DNA of 64,000 nucleotides. Origin: an uncultured Pseudomonadota bacterium (GTDB taxonomy: Bacteria > Oederibacteriota > Muellerivitia > Muellerivitales > Muellerivitaceae). The notes beneath the pieces were generated by a model that searched no databases, had not been told where the DNA came from, and saw only the letters and a program-made list of their open reading frames with translations. Shown here in pieces: positions 55,207 to 64,000 of the stretch (position 1 is the stretch's first letter; the number at the start of each line of letters is the position of its first letter). The stretch is from the NCBI GenBank assembly GCA_963843375.1, contig CAWJKT010000001.1:192001-256000 (forward strand), written 5' to 3'. Position numbers and translations under genes: made by a program.

Positions 55207-56092
55207 GTTGCCTAGGTGGAAAATCGGGAAAAGTGCTTGAGGGCAGTTGATGAATTTTTTGGGAAGAATCCAAAAATCTTGCCGCTAGTTCGATAAGGGG
55301 TTTTCGGATTTTTGGATGTAGAAAATTAGGATCCATTTCCAAAAGCGGAAAGAGAACAAAAGCTTTTGTTTCGATATTAGGATGGGGTAGGGTGAATTCG
55401 CGGGATTTTTGGACACGATTTCCCCAAAGAATAAGATCAATGTCTAATGATCGGGGCCCAAGGGGATTATGGGTGGGAATGCGGCCTGCTTTTGTTTCGA
55501 GAACTTCTGCCCATTTTCTAATCTCTTTTGGTAATTCCTGAGTTTCGATGGCTAAGACTAAGTTCCAAAATGGTTTCTGCCGGATAAAGCCGACCGGTGA
55601 GGTTTCGTACACGTGTGACTGCCCAAGAATAGAATATCTTTTTTCAATTTCGCTCAAAGCAAATCGAAGATTTTTCTTTGGATGAATGTTCGAGCCCAGA
55701 CTTAAATATATTAATTTTGAGGTTTGGGTACGGGACGCTCCACGGTAGATTTCAACGCCGACATTTTTAGAACCTCTGACAGCGCCTGGTTTTGAAACGG
55801 ACAAATAAATTTCAGGAAGCTTAAAATTATATAAAAGGGAATCTGCCAATTTTTCAGCCAAGGTTTCAATCAGCTGAAATTGACTTTTTTCGACAAAAAG
55901 AATGGCGCTTTTAGCAATCTTTTTATAATTGAAAGTAGCTGCTATATCGTCCTGTCGGGATACTTTCCGGATATTGCAAGGGAATTTAATGTCTATTAAA
56001 ACATCTTGTTTTTGTCTTCGTTCCCAATCAAATATACCAATAATACAACGCACCTTTAAGCCTGTCAGGACGATAAAGTCTTTTTGAAACAA
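55196..56092 (-). CDS. folK: Fused dihydroneopterin aldolase / HPPK (FolB-FolK)
   Basis: IIGIFDWER...LIETLAE...KPGA (FolB); YLSLGSN, YETSPVG, PRSLDIDLI, LPHP (FolK). Confidence 0.9.
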   Translation of the reverse strand: MFQKDFIVLTGLKVRCIIGIFDWERRQKQDVLIDIKFPCNIRKVSRQDDIAATFNYKKIAKSAILFVEKSQFQLIETLAEKLADSLLYNFKLPEIYLSVSKPGAVRGSKNVGVEIYRGASRTQTSKLIYLSLGSNIHPKKNLRFALSEIEKRYSILGQSHVYETSPVGFIRQKPFWNLVLAIETQELPKEIRKWAEVLETKAGRIPTHNPLGPRSLDIDLILWGNRVQKSREFTLPHPNIETKAFVLFPLLEMDPNFLHPKIRKPLIELAARFLDSSQKIHQLPSSTFPDFPPRQLNK

Positions 56093-56233
56093 TTTAGGAC
56101 TCCTTTAGAATCGTATTTTGATTTTATTGTAAATTAGCAATTTCGATCACTTTTTTAGAATCAATTTTTGTAAAGAAGTCACTTTTGAAAAAAATAAGTT
56201 GACGCTTAGCTCACCATTTGTTTCCATGATTTT

Positions 56234-58568
56234 ATGAGCCCAACAAAATTGGTCATTCCTCGCCGCCCTATTCTTTTCGGTGCCCTTGGGTTTTGTTTTT
56301 TAAATATGATCCTTTTTGGAGACATTTTTTTCAAAGGGAGCGATTTAGTATTATCGAGCTTCCCAAACCGATTTATTCCTTCATTTTGTGGCTTGGCGTC
56401 AATTCGGGTTTGACCAGTTACGGTATGGCCATCTTACTTTGTGGAATCCCTACTATCTTTGCGGGACGCCATTTTTAGGAAATTTTGAGTCCGGCCTTTT
56501 GTATCCGCCAAACTGTCTCTTTTTGATCCTCCCATTGGGCTTGGCAATCAATATTGGAATCATTCTTCACGTTTATTTTGCGGGTTTCTTTACTTATTTG
56601 TGGGCCAACTATCGGGGCCTTCATCCCCTTTCGGCTTTTGTGGCTGGGACCGTTTTCATGTTTGGCGGGGCATATTTCCTTCACTTATATGCTGGTCACT
56701 TACCTAATTTGTGCACAATGATTTGGGCGCCCCTTTTATTTTTATCAATCGATGGTTTGGTACAGAAAGTTTCCATTAAGTGGATTCTTCTGGGCATCTT
56801 TGCCGTTGGGATGCAAATTTTAGCGGGGCACCTACAATATGTTTATTTTACAGCAATCATTTCAAGTCTTTATCTTTTATTAAATTTGCGGGGCAATAAA
56901 AATAAATTAGAAATTATTTTAAGTTTTTTGGTTTTTTACGTTGGAGCAGCACTATTAACTGCCGCTCAATTGTGGACAGGCCTAGAAGCCATTTCGGAAT
57001 GCGGTCGTAACATTCCCTTGGAATATGATACGGCAAGTTCCTTTTCTTTTCCGCCTGAAAATTTATTGACTCTTGTATTGCCAGAGTTTTTTGGAAATCT
57101 TTCGACTGTTCATTATTGGGGCCGGTGGTTTCTTTGGGAAGTATCTTTATTTATCGGGATAACGGCTTTTTTCTTTGTCCTTTTGGCGATTTTCTCATCC
57201 GAGCCTAAAAAAAGACGATGGGCGTTAACAACGATGGTTATTGCGTTGATTTTTTCCCTGGGAGCTTTTACGCCGCTTTTTCATTTTTTGTATGATTATG
57301 TTCCCGGGTTTAATGAATTGCGCGGGATCTGCAAATTCGATTTTTTGGCCAGTTTGTTTTTGGCATTGCTTTCTGGAATCGGATTTGATTCATTGTTTAA
57401 TGAAAAAACAAAGTTAAAGTGGCCAGTATTTATTGTTATTTTTTTGGGGTTTATTTTTTTTGGTTCAGAATTATTCATTCTTAATTCTATTAAAGATGGT
57501 TTAAATGGTGATTGGGGAAGATGGTTTTGTAATCTTCGCTGGTTAAAAAATTCACTCCTCCCATTGGATTTGGGAATAAAAATGCAATACGTTCAAGAAT
57601 CCGGTTTCCACGCGGCTTTTAGTCTTTTGATGGGTGGGTTGACCTGTACTTTATTGGCCCTCCTGTTAACGATTCAAAAAATAGTTCCGAAATTTATTCA
57701 TCTAATCGCGGTGCTGGCAATTGTTGAGTTGTTTGTCTTCGCAAGGATTAATCGGCCAACCTTTGAATTGTCCACCCTTCAAAATCGCTACGATTCGCTA
57801 CGTGATTTTTATTCGAAAAACCCTGGAGATTATCGAGTTTATGGAACAGGTAGCGCTTCCTTAGTTACGGGTGGAAATGATATTTGGGAGGATGAACCGA
57901 TGGTTTTAGGGCGTTATGGCCGGTTCGTTTGTAAAACCCAGGGCCTGTCGGAAAATCAATTATTTTCTGCTCTTCCGATTTTTAAAAAATTTCCTCCCAT
58001 CTTGGGAATTACAAGGCTCAAATATCGAGTATTAATAAATGAAAACCCTATTCGAATTTCTCCGTTTAATTTCAAGGTTTTGCCCCGAATGCAACTGGTA
58101 AATCGTTGGGAAGTTATTCCGGATGGACGAAAAGTTTTGGATGCAATGTTCGATCCCGCCTTCAATCCAGCCCAAAAGGTTTACTTACAGAGCGCTCCCG
58201 AACCTGCTCCGGCCAGCGTTGGGTTTGGAGGAACGGTGGAATGGAAAGATATTTCGACGGATAAAATCGAAATTAAAGCTCAAACCACTAGTTCAAGTCT
58301 CTTGTTGATCACGGACAATTACAGTTCCGGATGGAAAGCTGAAAGTCTTCCTGGAAGTGTACAGTCTGAATATCGCGTCATTCCGGGGGATTACTTTTTG
58401 CGTGTTATTCCTCTCAAGTCAGGGACGCATCATTTTATTTTAGAATACCGGCCAACGGCATTTGAGATTGGCAAATGGGTTTCCATTCTTTCTTGTATTT
58501 TGTATTTTGGTGTGTTCTTATTCTGTTTGAGAAAAGTCTCATTATTCCCGATTAAGGTTTTAACATGA
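56234..58568 (+). CDS. YfhO-like multi-pass membrane protein (GT-C-type); N-terminal frameshift
   Basis: LWNPYYLCGTPF, LYPPN, LAGHLQ, DNYSSGWKA...ILEYRP C-terminus. Confidence 0.75.
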
Positions 58569-59443
58569 AAATTAGAGATTTATTTGACCAAAAAAAGAGG
58601 GTGTTATCCTTTGAACTTTCCGCACCTCGCGACAACAACGTCGATGGTCTTTTTCGAACGGTGGAAGAGTTAAAGAGATTAAAGCCGGATTATATTTCCA
58701 TCACTTACGGAGCGGGGGGATCCTCGCGGGATATGACCTTTGGAATTGCCGTTCGGTTGAAAGAAGTAGGCGCCTTGCCTCTTATGCATTTCACATGTGT
58801 TGGGCATTCTCGGTTTGAAATCAAGGATTTGCTGGATCAAGTAAAGTCTGCTGGAATTGAAAATATATTGGCTTTACGAGGTGATCCGCCCCGTGGAACG
58901 AATTCTTTCGTACCAGCGCCTGATGGTTTTAGGTATGCCAATGAACTGATCGAGTTTATCCGATCCGAGGGTTATGATTTTTGTTTGGGGATTGCGGGTT
59001 ACCCCGAAGGCCATACCGAAGCGAAAAGCCTGGAAGAAGATATTCAAAATCTTAGGCGAAAGATTGACGCAGGTGGTCAATACATCATTACTCAGCTATA
59101 TTTTGACAATCGGGACTATTTCAAATATGTCGAGCGGCTCCGGAAAATGGGCATCAGTCTCCCGGTTCAACCCGGAGTCTGGCTTTTAACCGATTATGCG
59201 CAGACTCAAAGAATTTGTAATCTTTGCGGTGCTAAGATTCCAGAAGATGTCGTAAAACATTTAGAGTTGATTAAGGAAGATAAAGAAAAAGTAACCCAAT
59301 TTGGGATTGAATATGCAACTCGTCAATGTGAGGAACTTTTGAAAAATGGAGCGCCAGGAATCCATTTTTATGTTTTGAATAAGAGTCACGCGGTCCAAGC
59401 TGTTCTTCAAAATTTGAAAGACAAAAATTTGATTTTTGATTGA
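58565..59443 (+). CDS. metF: 5,10-methylenetetrahydrofolate reductase
   Basis: SITYGAGG, HFTC, LALRGDPP, AGYPEGH, ITQLYFD, GIHFY. Confidence 0.95.
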   Translation: MKIRDLFDQKKRVLSFELSAPRDNNVDGLFRTVEELKRLKPDYISITYGAGGSSRDMTFGIAVRLKEVGALPLMHFTCVGHSRFEIKDLLDQVKSAGIENILALRGDPPRGTNSFVPAPDGFRYANELIEFIRSEGYDFCLGIAGYPEGHTEAKSLEEDIQNLRRKIDAGGQYIITQLYFDNRDYFKYVERLRKMGISLPVQPGVWLLTDYAQTQRICNLCGAKIPEDVVKHLELIKEDKEKVTQFGIEYATRQCEELLKNGAPGIHFYVLNKSHAVQAVLQNLKDKNLIFD

Positions 59444-59586
59444 GAGCTTAGGGAAGTGCTTTTTAATTATGATTCACTAAAATTTGATTGTTTGATCGGC
59501 CCCAACACTGAGCTTTTCCTCCTTTGAATGAAACCTTTTCGGATATATACTAACTTCGTGATATTAATTGATCTTGTTACACGGAG

Positions 59587-60027
59587 ATGGGCATGACCGA
59601 TACCGCATCCATATTTAGCCGTCTTAGGCACGTTTTACAAAATACCTATTTTTTCCAATCCTTGAAATTAAACGAATTAGATGAATTGATCGGTCATCTT
59701 CGGATGATACGCGTTCAAAAGGGTTATGAAATCATTAAGCAAGGTGATCCGGGAGACGCCTTTTATTTGATTGCTTCCGGGAAAGTCTCAATTTGGATGA
59801 AGAAGGGGTTTCGTAAATCCCAGGTGGCAACTCTTGGTGTCGATGAATTCTTTGGTGAAATGGCACTTATTTCAAATGAGCCCCGTAACGCGACAGTCGT
59901 TTCCGAGGAAGTAACCGAACTCTTTATACTTCAACGATACGATTTTGACAAAATTTTGATGAAAAACCCTGTTATCGCCCAGGAATTAAAAAAATCCTAT
60001 TATGAACGTAAAGAAAAGAACAAGTAA
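59587..60027 (+). CDS. Stand-alone cyclic-nucleotide-binding domain protein
   Basis: IIKQGDPGDAFYLI, FFGEMAL...PRNATV. Confidence 0.88.
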   Translation: MGMTDTASIFSRLRHVLQNTYFFQSLKLNELDELIGHLRMIRVQKGYEIIKQGDPGDAFYLIASGKVSIWMKKGFRKSQVATLGVDEFFGEMALISNEPRNATVVSEEVTELFILQRYDFDKILMKNPVIAQELKKSYYERKEKNK

Positions 60028-60179
60028 CCTCCCCAAAGAGAATTGACAACATTCCGAAAGATTGGCATATTCACTGGCCCGGCTCTTCCAAAGATTCATG
60101 GGACAAGCTAGTAGCCCTGTTTGTTTGTCCATCCGCTTGTTCTGTTTTTAGGCAAGTTGGGAAGGGCAAACCACCGGAT

Positions 60180-60256
60180 GGCGGGGTAGCTCAGTTGGTC
60201 AGAGCAACGGTTTCATAATCCGTAGGTCGAGAGTTCGAGTCTCTCCCCCGCTACCA
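60180..60256 (+). tRNA. tRNA-Met(CAT), probably elongator
   Basis: GGCGGGG/CCCCGCT acceptor stem, TTCATAA loop, GTTCGA, CCA; lacks initiator features. Confidence 0.9.
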
Positions 60257-60286
60257 ATATTTATTTCCATCCGAAGAAGGTCCAGC

Positions 60287-61291
60287 ATGCCAACCCAATG
60301 GGTGTTGCCGTCTTTTCCTTTTTCCCCTAGAGCCCGGCTTATCGTGGGTGTGTCCGGTGGCGCCGATTCTTTGGGACTTCTTATTTATTTAAAAGAATAT
60401 TTGCCACAAGCTGCTAAACGTTTGGTGGTGGCCCATGTCAACTACGGATTGAGGGGCCGAGATTCACAGCTGGATGAAGAAAAGGTGCGACAGTTATGTA
60501 AAAAAGAAAATCTTGAATTTCGGCGTTTCCATGTGAAAAGTCTGAAAGTAAGAGCAAAAAAAGAAAAAAAATCTCTTCAAGAATTGGCTCGAGAAATTCG
60601 TTATTCTTTTTTTCAAAAAATGGCCCAGGAGGAAAGGGCCTGGGGTGTAGCGGTAGCTCATCACCGGGAGGACCAAGCCGAGACAGTTTTAGATCGGTTA
60701 TTAAGAGGAGCGGGTACAAGAGGACTCTCGGGTTTGAGGCCAGTTCAAACCTTGAATTTTTTGGGCGGCGAAAAGTCATTGAAGGTCTGGCGACCCCTTT
60801 TATCCTTTTCAAAGGACGAGATTCGAGTTTATTTGAAAGAACAAGGAATTAAATGGAGGGAAGATAAATCCAACCGAAAAACCGATTACCGCCGCAACCA
60901 AATTCGTCATCAAATTATGCCTTTTCTTTCCCGTTGGAACAGCAATCTCTCACAGACGCTTGCCCGGATAGGAGATATCTCTTCCGCCGAAGATCAGGTT
61001 TTGGAAAGCTTTTTGGTTTCCGTTGAAAAGAAAGTGAAAAGTCAGTGGCTTCGCGGGGTCTATTATTGCCAGGCCGATAATTTTCAAAAGATGCCTTTAG
61101 CCCTTCAAAGAAGGTGGATTCGATATGTCAGCGAGAAATTAACGGCCAAGGCAAGAGGATTTTCCTTTGATCGGATTGGGGAAGTTATTCGCCTATGGGA
61201 AGGAAAGGAAAATGGCCCAAGGGACCTGGGATTTGGGTTAACTGCTGGAAAGAGTGGAAACAAGGCTTTTTTACGATTGATGAGAGGGTAA
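60287..61291 (+). CDS. tilS: tRNA(Ile)-lysidine synthetase
   Basis: SGGADS PP-loop, AHHREDQAET, RPLL, EDKSN, RNQIRH. Confidence 0.95.
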   Translation: MPTQWVLPSFPFSPRARLIVGVSGGADSLGLLIYLKEYLPQAAKRLVVAHVNYGLRGRDSQLDEEKVRQLCKKENLEFRRFHVKSLKVRAKKEKKSLQELAREIRYSFFQKMAQEERAWGVAVAHHREDQAETVLDRLLRGAGTRGLSGLRPVQTLNFLGGEKSLKVWRPLLSFSKDEIRVYLKEQGIKWREDKSNRKTDYRRNQIRHQIMPFLSRWNSNLSQTLARIGDISSAEDQVLESFLVSVEKKVKSQWLRGVYYCQADNFQKMPLALQRRWIRYVSEKLTAKARGFSFDRIGEVIRLWEGKENGPRDLGFGLTAGKSGNKAFLRLMRG

Positions 61292-61473
61292 AGCTCGGTT
61301 TTCTTGGACTAGGTGTAGGATTCTTATGGTCCGAGTCTTGAACATTTTCCATACCGATGGCACTCTTTTCCCATTGCTTGCAAATAGAAAAGAAGCTCAG
61401 TTATGATACGGTTCCTTGTTTCTTTAAGGAAATGTTCCTAGGTTGAACCTAACGTTCCCGTTGTTACTTTCAT

Positions 61474-63420
61474 GTGAGGAGTGCTTCTTTGAATCAGACT
61501 TTTAAAATTATTGCCGGATGGTTGTTGGCCTTTGTCATTGTTATGTATTTCATCCAACAAACGAATAAAACGAAGTCCCAAAATGAATGGGATTATTCCC
61601 AGTTTGTCGCATCGGTTCAGGCGGGTGACACCCAATCCGTGACCATCCATTCCGAAGACCATTTGATCACGGGGATATCCAAGGACAAGACGGAATTTAA
61701 AGTTTTTGAGCCGGATGACCCCAATTTGGTCAAAATGCTTTTAGATAAAAATGTGCAAGTGAAAGTTGAATCACCCATGCGGTTGGGAATGTTCTGGACC
61801 ATCGTTTTGAATCTGGCGCCCTATCTGCTGATCATTGGATGGTTCGTATTTATGATGCGCCAAGCCCAATCGGGCAGTGGGGGGGCATTAGCTTTCGGAA
61901 AAAGCCGTGCTCGTTTGATGACCTCGGGCCAGCAAAAGGTGACTTTTGCGGATGTGGCTGGCGTTGATGAAGCCAAGACAGAATTGATGGAAGTGGTTGA
62001 TTTTCTAAAGGACCCTAAAAAGTACCAACTACTTGGAGGGAAAATACCCAAAGGCGTCATCTTATTGGGCCCCCCTGGAACTGGAAAAACCCTCCTAGCC
62101 AAAGCGGTGGCGGGAGAGGCGGGTGTGCCTTTTTTCTCAATCTCAGGTTCTGATTTTGTGGAAATGTTTGTGGGTGTTGGCGCGGCCCGGGTTCGGGATT
62201 TGTTTGAGCAAGGTAAAAAACACGCCCCCTGTATTATCTTCATCGATGAAATCGATGCGGTTGGGCGACAACGAGGTGCCGGGTTAGGTGGAGGGCACGA
62301 TGAAAGGGAGCAAACTTTAAATGCCATGCTTGTGGAAATGGACGGGTTCAATACCAATACGGGAGTCATTCTTATTGCGGCGACGAACCGAATGGATGTC
62401 CTAGACCCCGCGCTCCTGCGGCCGGGACGATTTGACCGGCAAGTGGTTGTGGATCGTCCTGATTTGGCGGGACGGGAAGCCATTCTTCGTGTCCATGCGA
62501 AAAACGTAAAATTAGCCGACGGGGTGGATTTGGGAGTAATCGCCCGACGTACTCCTGGCTTTTCAGGCGCGGACTTGGCAAACCTGATCAACGAAGCGGC
62601 GTTATTAGCCGCTCGTAGGAATAAAAAGGCCGTTGAGATGCCGGAACTAGAAGAAGCCATCGATAGGGTCATGGCGGGTCCGGAACGCCGCACCCGTGTT
62701 ATTTCCGATGAAGAAAAGAAAATCGTAGCCTACCACGAGTCGGGGCATACCATCGTTGGAAAAATGGTCGACAAATCCCATTCCGTTCACAAGGTTTCTA
62801 TCATTCCCAGGGGGCACGCTGCCTTGGGCGCCACTTGGTATCTTCCAAACGAGGAGCGTTTCCTGGCATCAAAAACCGAACTCTTGCACCGTATTACCGC
62901 CCTTTTAGGTGGGCGATCGGCTGAGGAGCTAACTTTTGGCGATGTCACAACGGGGGCCGGGGACGATTTGAACCGCGCCACCGAAATCGCACGGGCCATG
63001 ATTTGTGAATATGGTATGAGCGAAAAATTAGGATCCATAACTCTTGGTAAAAAAGACGATATGGTCTTCATTGGACGCGACATGATGAAAGAGAAAAGCT
63101 ATTCCGAGCAAACTGCCCAAACCATTGATGGAGAAGTGAAACGCATTGTGGAAGAATGCCACAAAAAGGCAATGGATATTCTCAAAAAGAACCGTAAGTT
63201 CCTTAAGATTATGGCGGAAGCCCTTTTGGAAAGGGAAATCCTCGATAGCACGGATGTGGATAATATTTTAGCCGGAAGAAAGATTGCGCCTAAAGCACCT
63301 TCCAAGGATTCGACGCCTCCTCCCGCTCCTTCGAATTCGGCGCCTGTAACACCCAATGTGGTATTAAAGCCTCAAACAGCCCCTTCCCAGGCTATTCAAA
63401 GCGGAGGGCGGTTTGGATAA
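61474..63420 (+). CDS. ftsH: ATP-dependent zinc metalloprotease
   Basis: Two TMs, [24 protein letters not shown]. Confidence 0.97.
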   Translation: MRSASLNQTFKIIAGWLLAFVIVMYFIQQTNKTKSQNEWDYSQFVASVQAGDTQSVTIHSEDHLITGISKDKTEFKVFEPDDPNLVKMLLDKNVQVKVESPMRLGMFWTIVLNLAPYLLIIGWFVFMMRQAQSGSGGALAFGKSRARLMTSGQQKVTFADVAGVDEAKTELMEVVDFLKDPKKYQLLGGKIPKGVILLGPPGTGKTLLAKAVAGEAGVPFFSISGSDFVEMFVGVGAARVRDLFEQGKKHAPCIIFIDEIDAVGRQRGAGLGGGHDEREQTLNAMLVEMDGFNTNTGVILIAATNRMDVLDPALLRPGRFDRQVVVDRPDLAGREAILRVHAKNVKLADGVDLGVIARRTPGFSGADLANLINEAALLAARRNKKAVEMPELEEAIDRVMAGPERRTRVISDEEKKIVAYHESGHTIVGKMVDKSHSVHKVSIIPRGHAALGATWYLPNEERFLASKTELLHRITALLGGRSAEELTFGDVTTGAGDDLNRATEIARAMICEYGMSEKLGSITLGKKDDMVFIGRDMMKEKSYSEQTAQTIDGEVKRIVEECHKKAMDILKKNRKFLKIMAEALLEREILDSTDVDNILAGRKIAPKAPSKDSTPPPAPSNSAPVTPNVVLKPQTAPSQAIQSGGRFG

Positions 63421-63970
63421 AGCCCGAATCGAAAAGGCTGTCCTGGAAATTTTAATCGCCATTGGCGAGAATCCCCAGCGAGAGGGATTGAAGGACACTC
63501 CCAAAAGGGTGGCCAAAATGTACGAGGAAGTTTTCGCGGGGCTGGAGATTGATCCGAAGGAAATCATCACTATTTTCGAAACCGAAGGCCATGAAGAAAT
63601 GGTTATCCTCAAGGATATTCCGTTTTACTCCATGTGTGAGCACCATCTGCTTCCGTTTAATGGCAGGGCTCATGTGGCTTATATTCCCCGCAAAGACCGA
63701 TTGGCGGGACTTTCCAAGCTGGCGCGGGTTGTGGAGGCGGTTTCTCGGCGTCCTCAACTCCAGGAGCGTATTACCACTCAAATCGCCGATATTTTGATGA
63801 AGATATTAAAGCCACATGGAGTTTTTGTTATCGTGGAAGCTGAACATCTTTGCATGACTATGCGGGGAGTCAAAAAACCTGGATCCCGCATGACTACTTC
63901 CGCCGTCCGGGGTGTTTTCCAGAAAAACGAAATCACCCGTAAGGAAGCCCTTCAGTTGATTGGAAAGTAG
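63413..63970 (+). CDS. folE: GTP cyclohydrolase I
   Basis: [30 protein letters not shown]. Confidence 0.97.
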   Translation: MDKARIEKAVLEILIAIGENPQREGLKDTPKRVAKMYEEVFAGLEIDPKEIITIFETEGHEEMVILKDIPFYSMCEHHLLPFNGRAHVAYIPRKDRLAGLSKLARVVEAVSRRPQLQERITTQIADILMKILKPHGVFVIVEAEHLCMTMRGVKKPGSRMTTSAVRGVFQKNEITRKEALQLIGK

Positions 63971-64000
63971 GCCTATGCCGCGTTTGAGCGGGGTTTCTTT

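Noticed and set aside
60180..60256. tRNA(CAT) directly upstream of tilS as its tRNA-Ile2 substrate
   Set aside because: The GGCGG.../...CCGCT acceptor stem resembles elongator tRNA-Met and lacks the C4-G69/C5-G68 pairs typical of tRNA-Ile2. tRNAscan-SE isotype models would settle it.
63975..64000. Start of a further gene (folP expected by synteny)
   Set aside because: Only 8 codons are visible, too few to assign.

Overview
A 64-kb chromosomal window from a diderm bacterium (it encodes a PilQ secretin and a GT9 heptosyltransferase-like enzyme). It is mostly core genome, with no recognisable IS, integrase, prophage or CRISPR. In order: a B12-binding radical SAM enzyme (cut by the window edge), an NHL-repeat protein, DksA-like, LemA, a 1024-aa Thr-rich secreted protein, GT9, a pseudouridine synthase, a PLP aminotransferase, a heme cluster (hemY, hemH, fused hemD-hemE), the four-gene CP-ATP-grasp/alpha-E/Anbu/transglutaminase operon behind a sigma54-type promoter, and an envelope glycan-modification locus (SAM methyltransferase, Trm112, two GT4, a GT-C-like membrane protein, AsnB-like amidotransferase). 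Then come efp-accB-accC, a ComB-like gene, ThiD2-thiC, a ferredoxin, dnaJ-rsmE-aroE, type IV pilus genes (pilB, pilT, pilC, pilin, pilMNOPQ), aroC-aroK-aroB, TPR/roadblock genes, an FtsB-like gene, three tRNAs, folate genes, metF and tilS-ftsH-folE. About a dozen genes are interrupted by single-base indels, most simply explained as long-read assembly error. TPT-repeat secreted proteins with FlgD-like tails suggest an uncultured lineage such as FCPU426, which is a low-confidence inference. The best leads are the sigma54-driven Anbu peptide-ligase operon, a TPP-like but non-canonical thiC leader, the Thr-rich protein with tandem C-terminal FlgD-like domains, the Trm112/methyltransferase glycan locus and the pilus-linked TPR-roadblock module. 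All family calls come from motif recognition by eye; no database searches were run.
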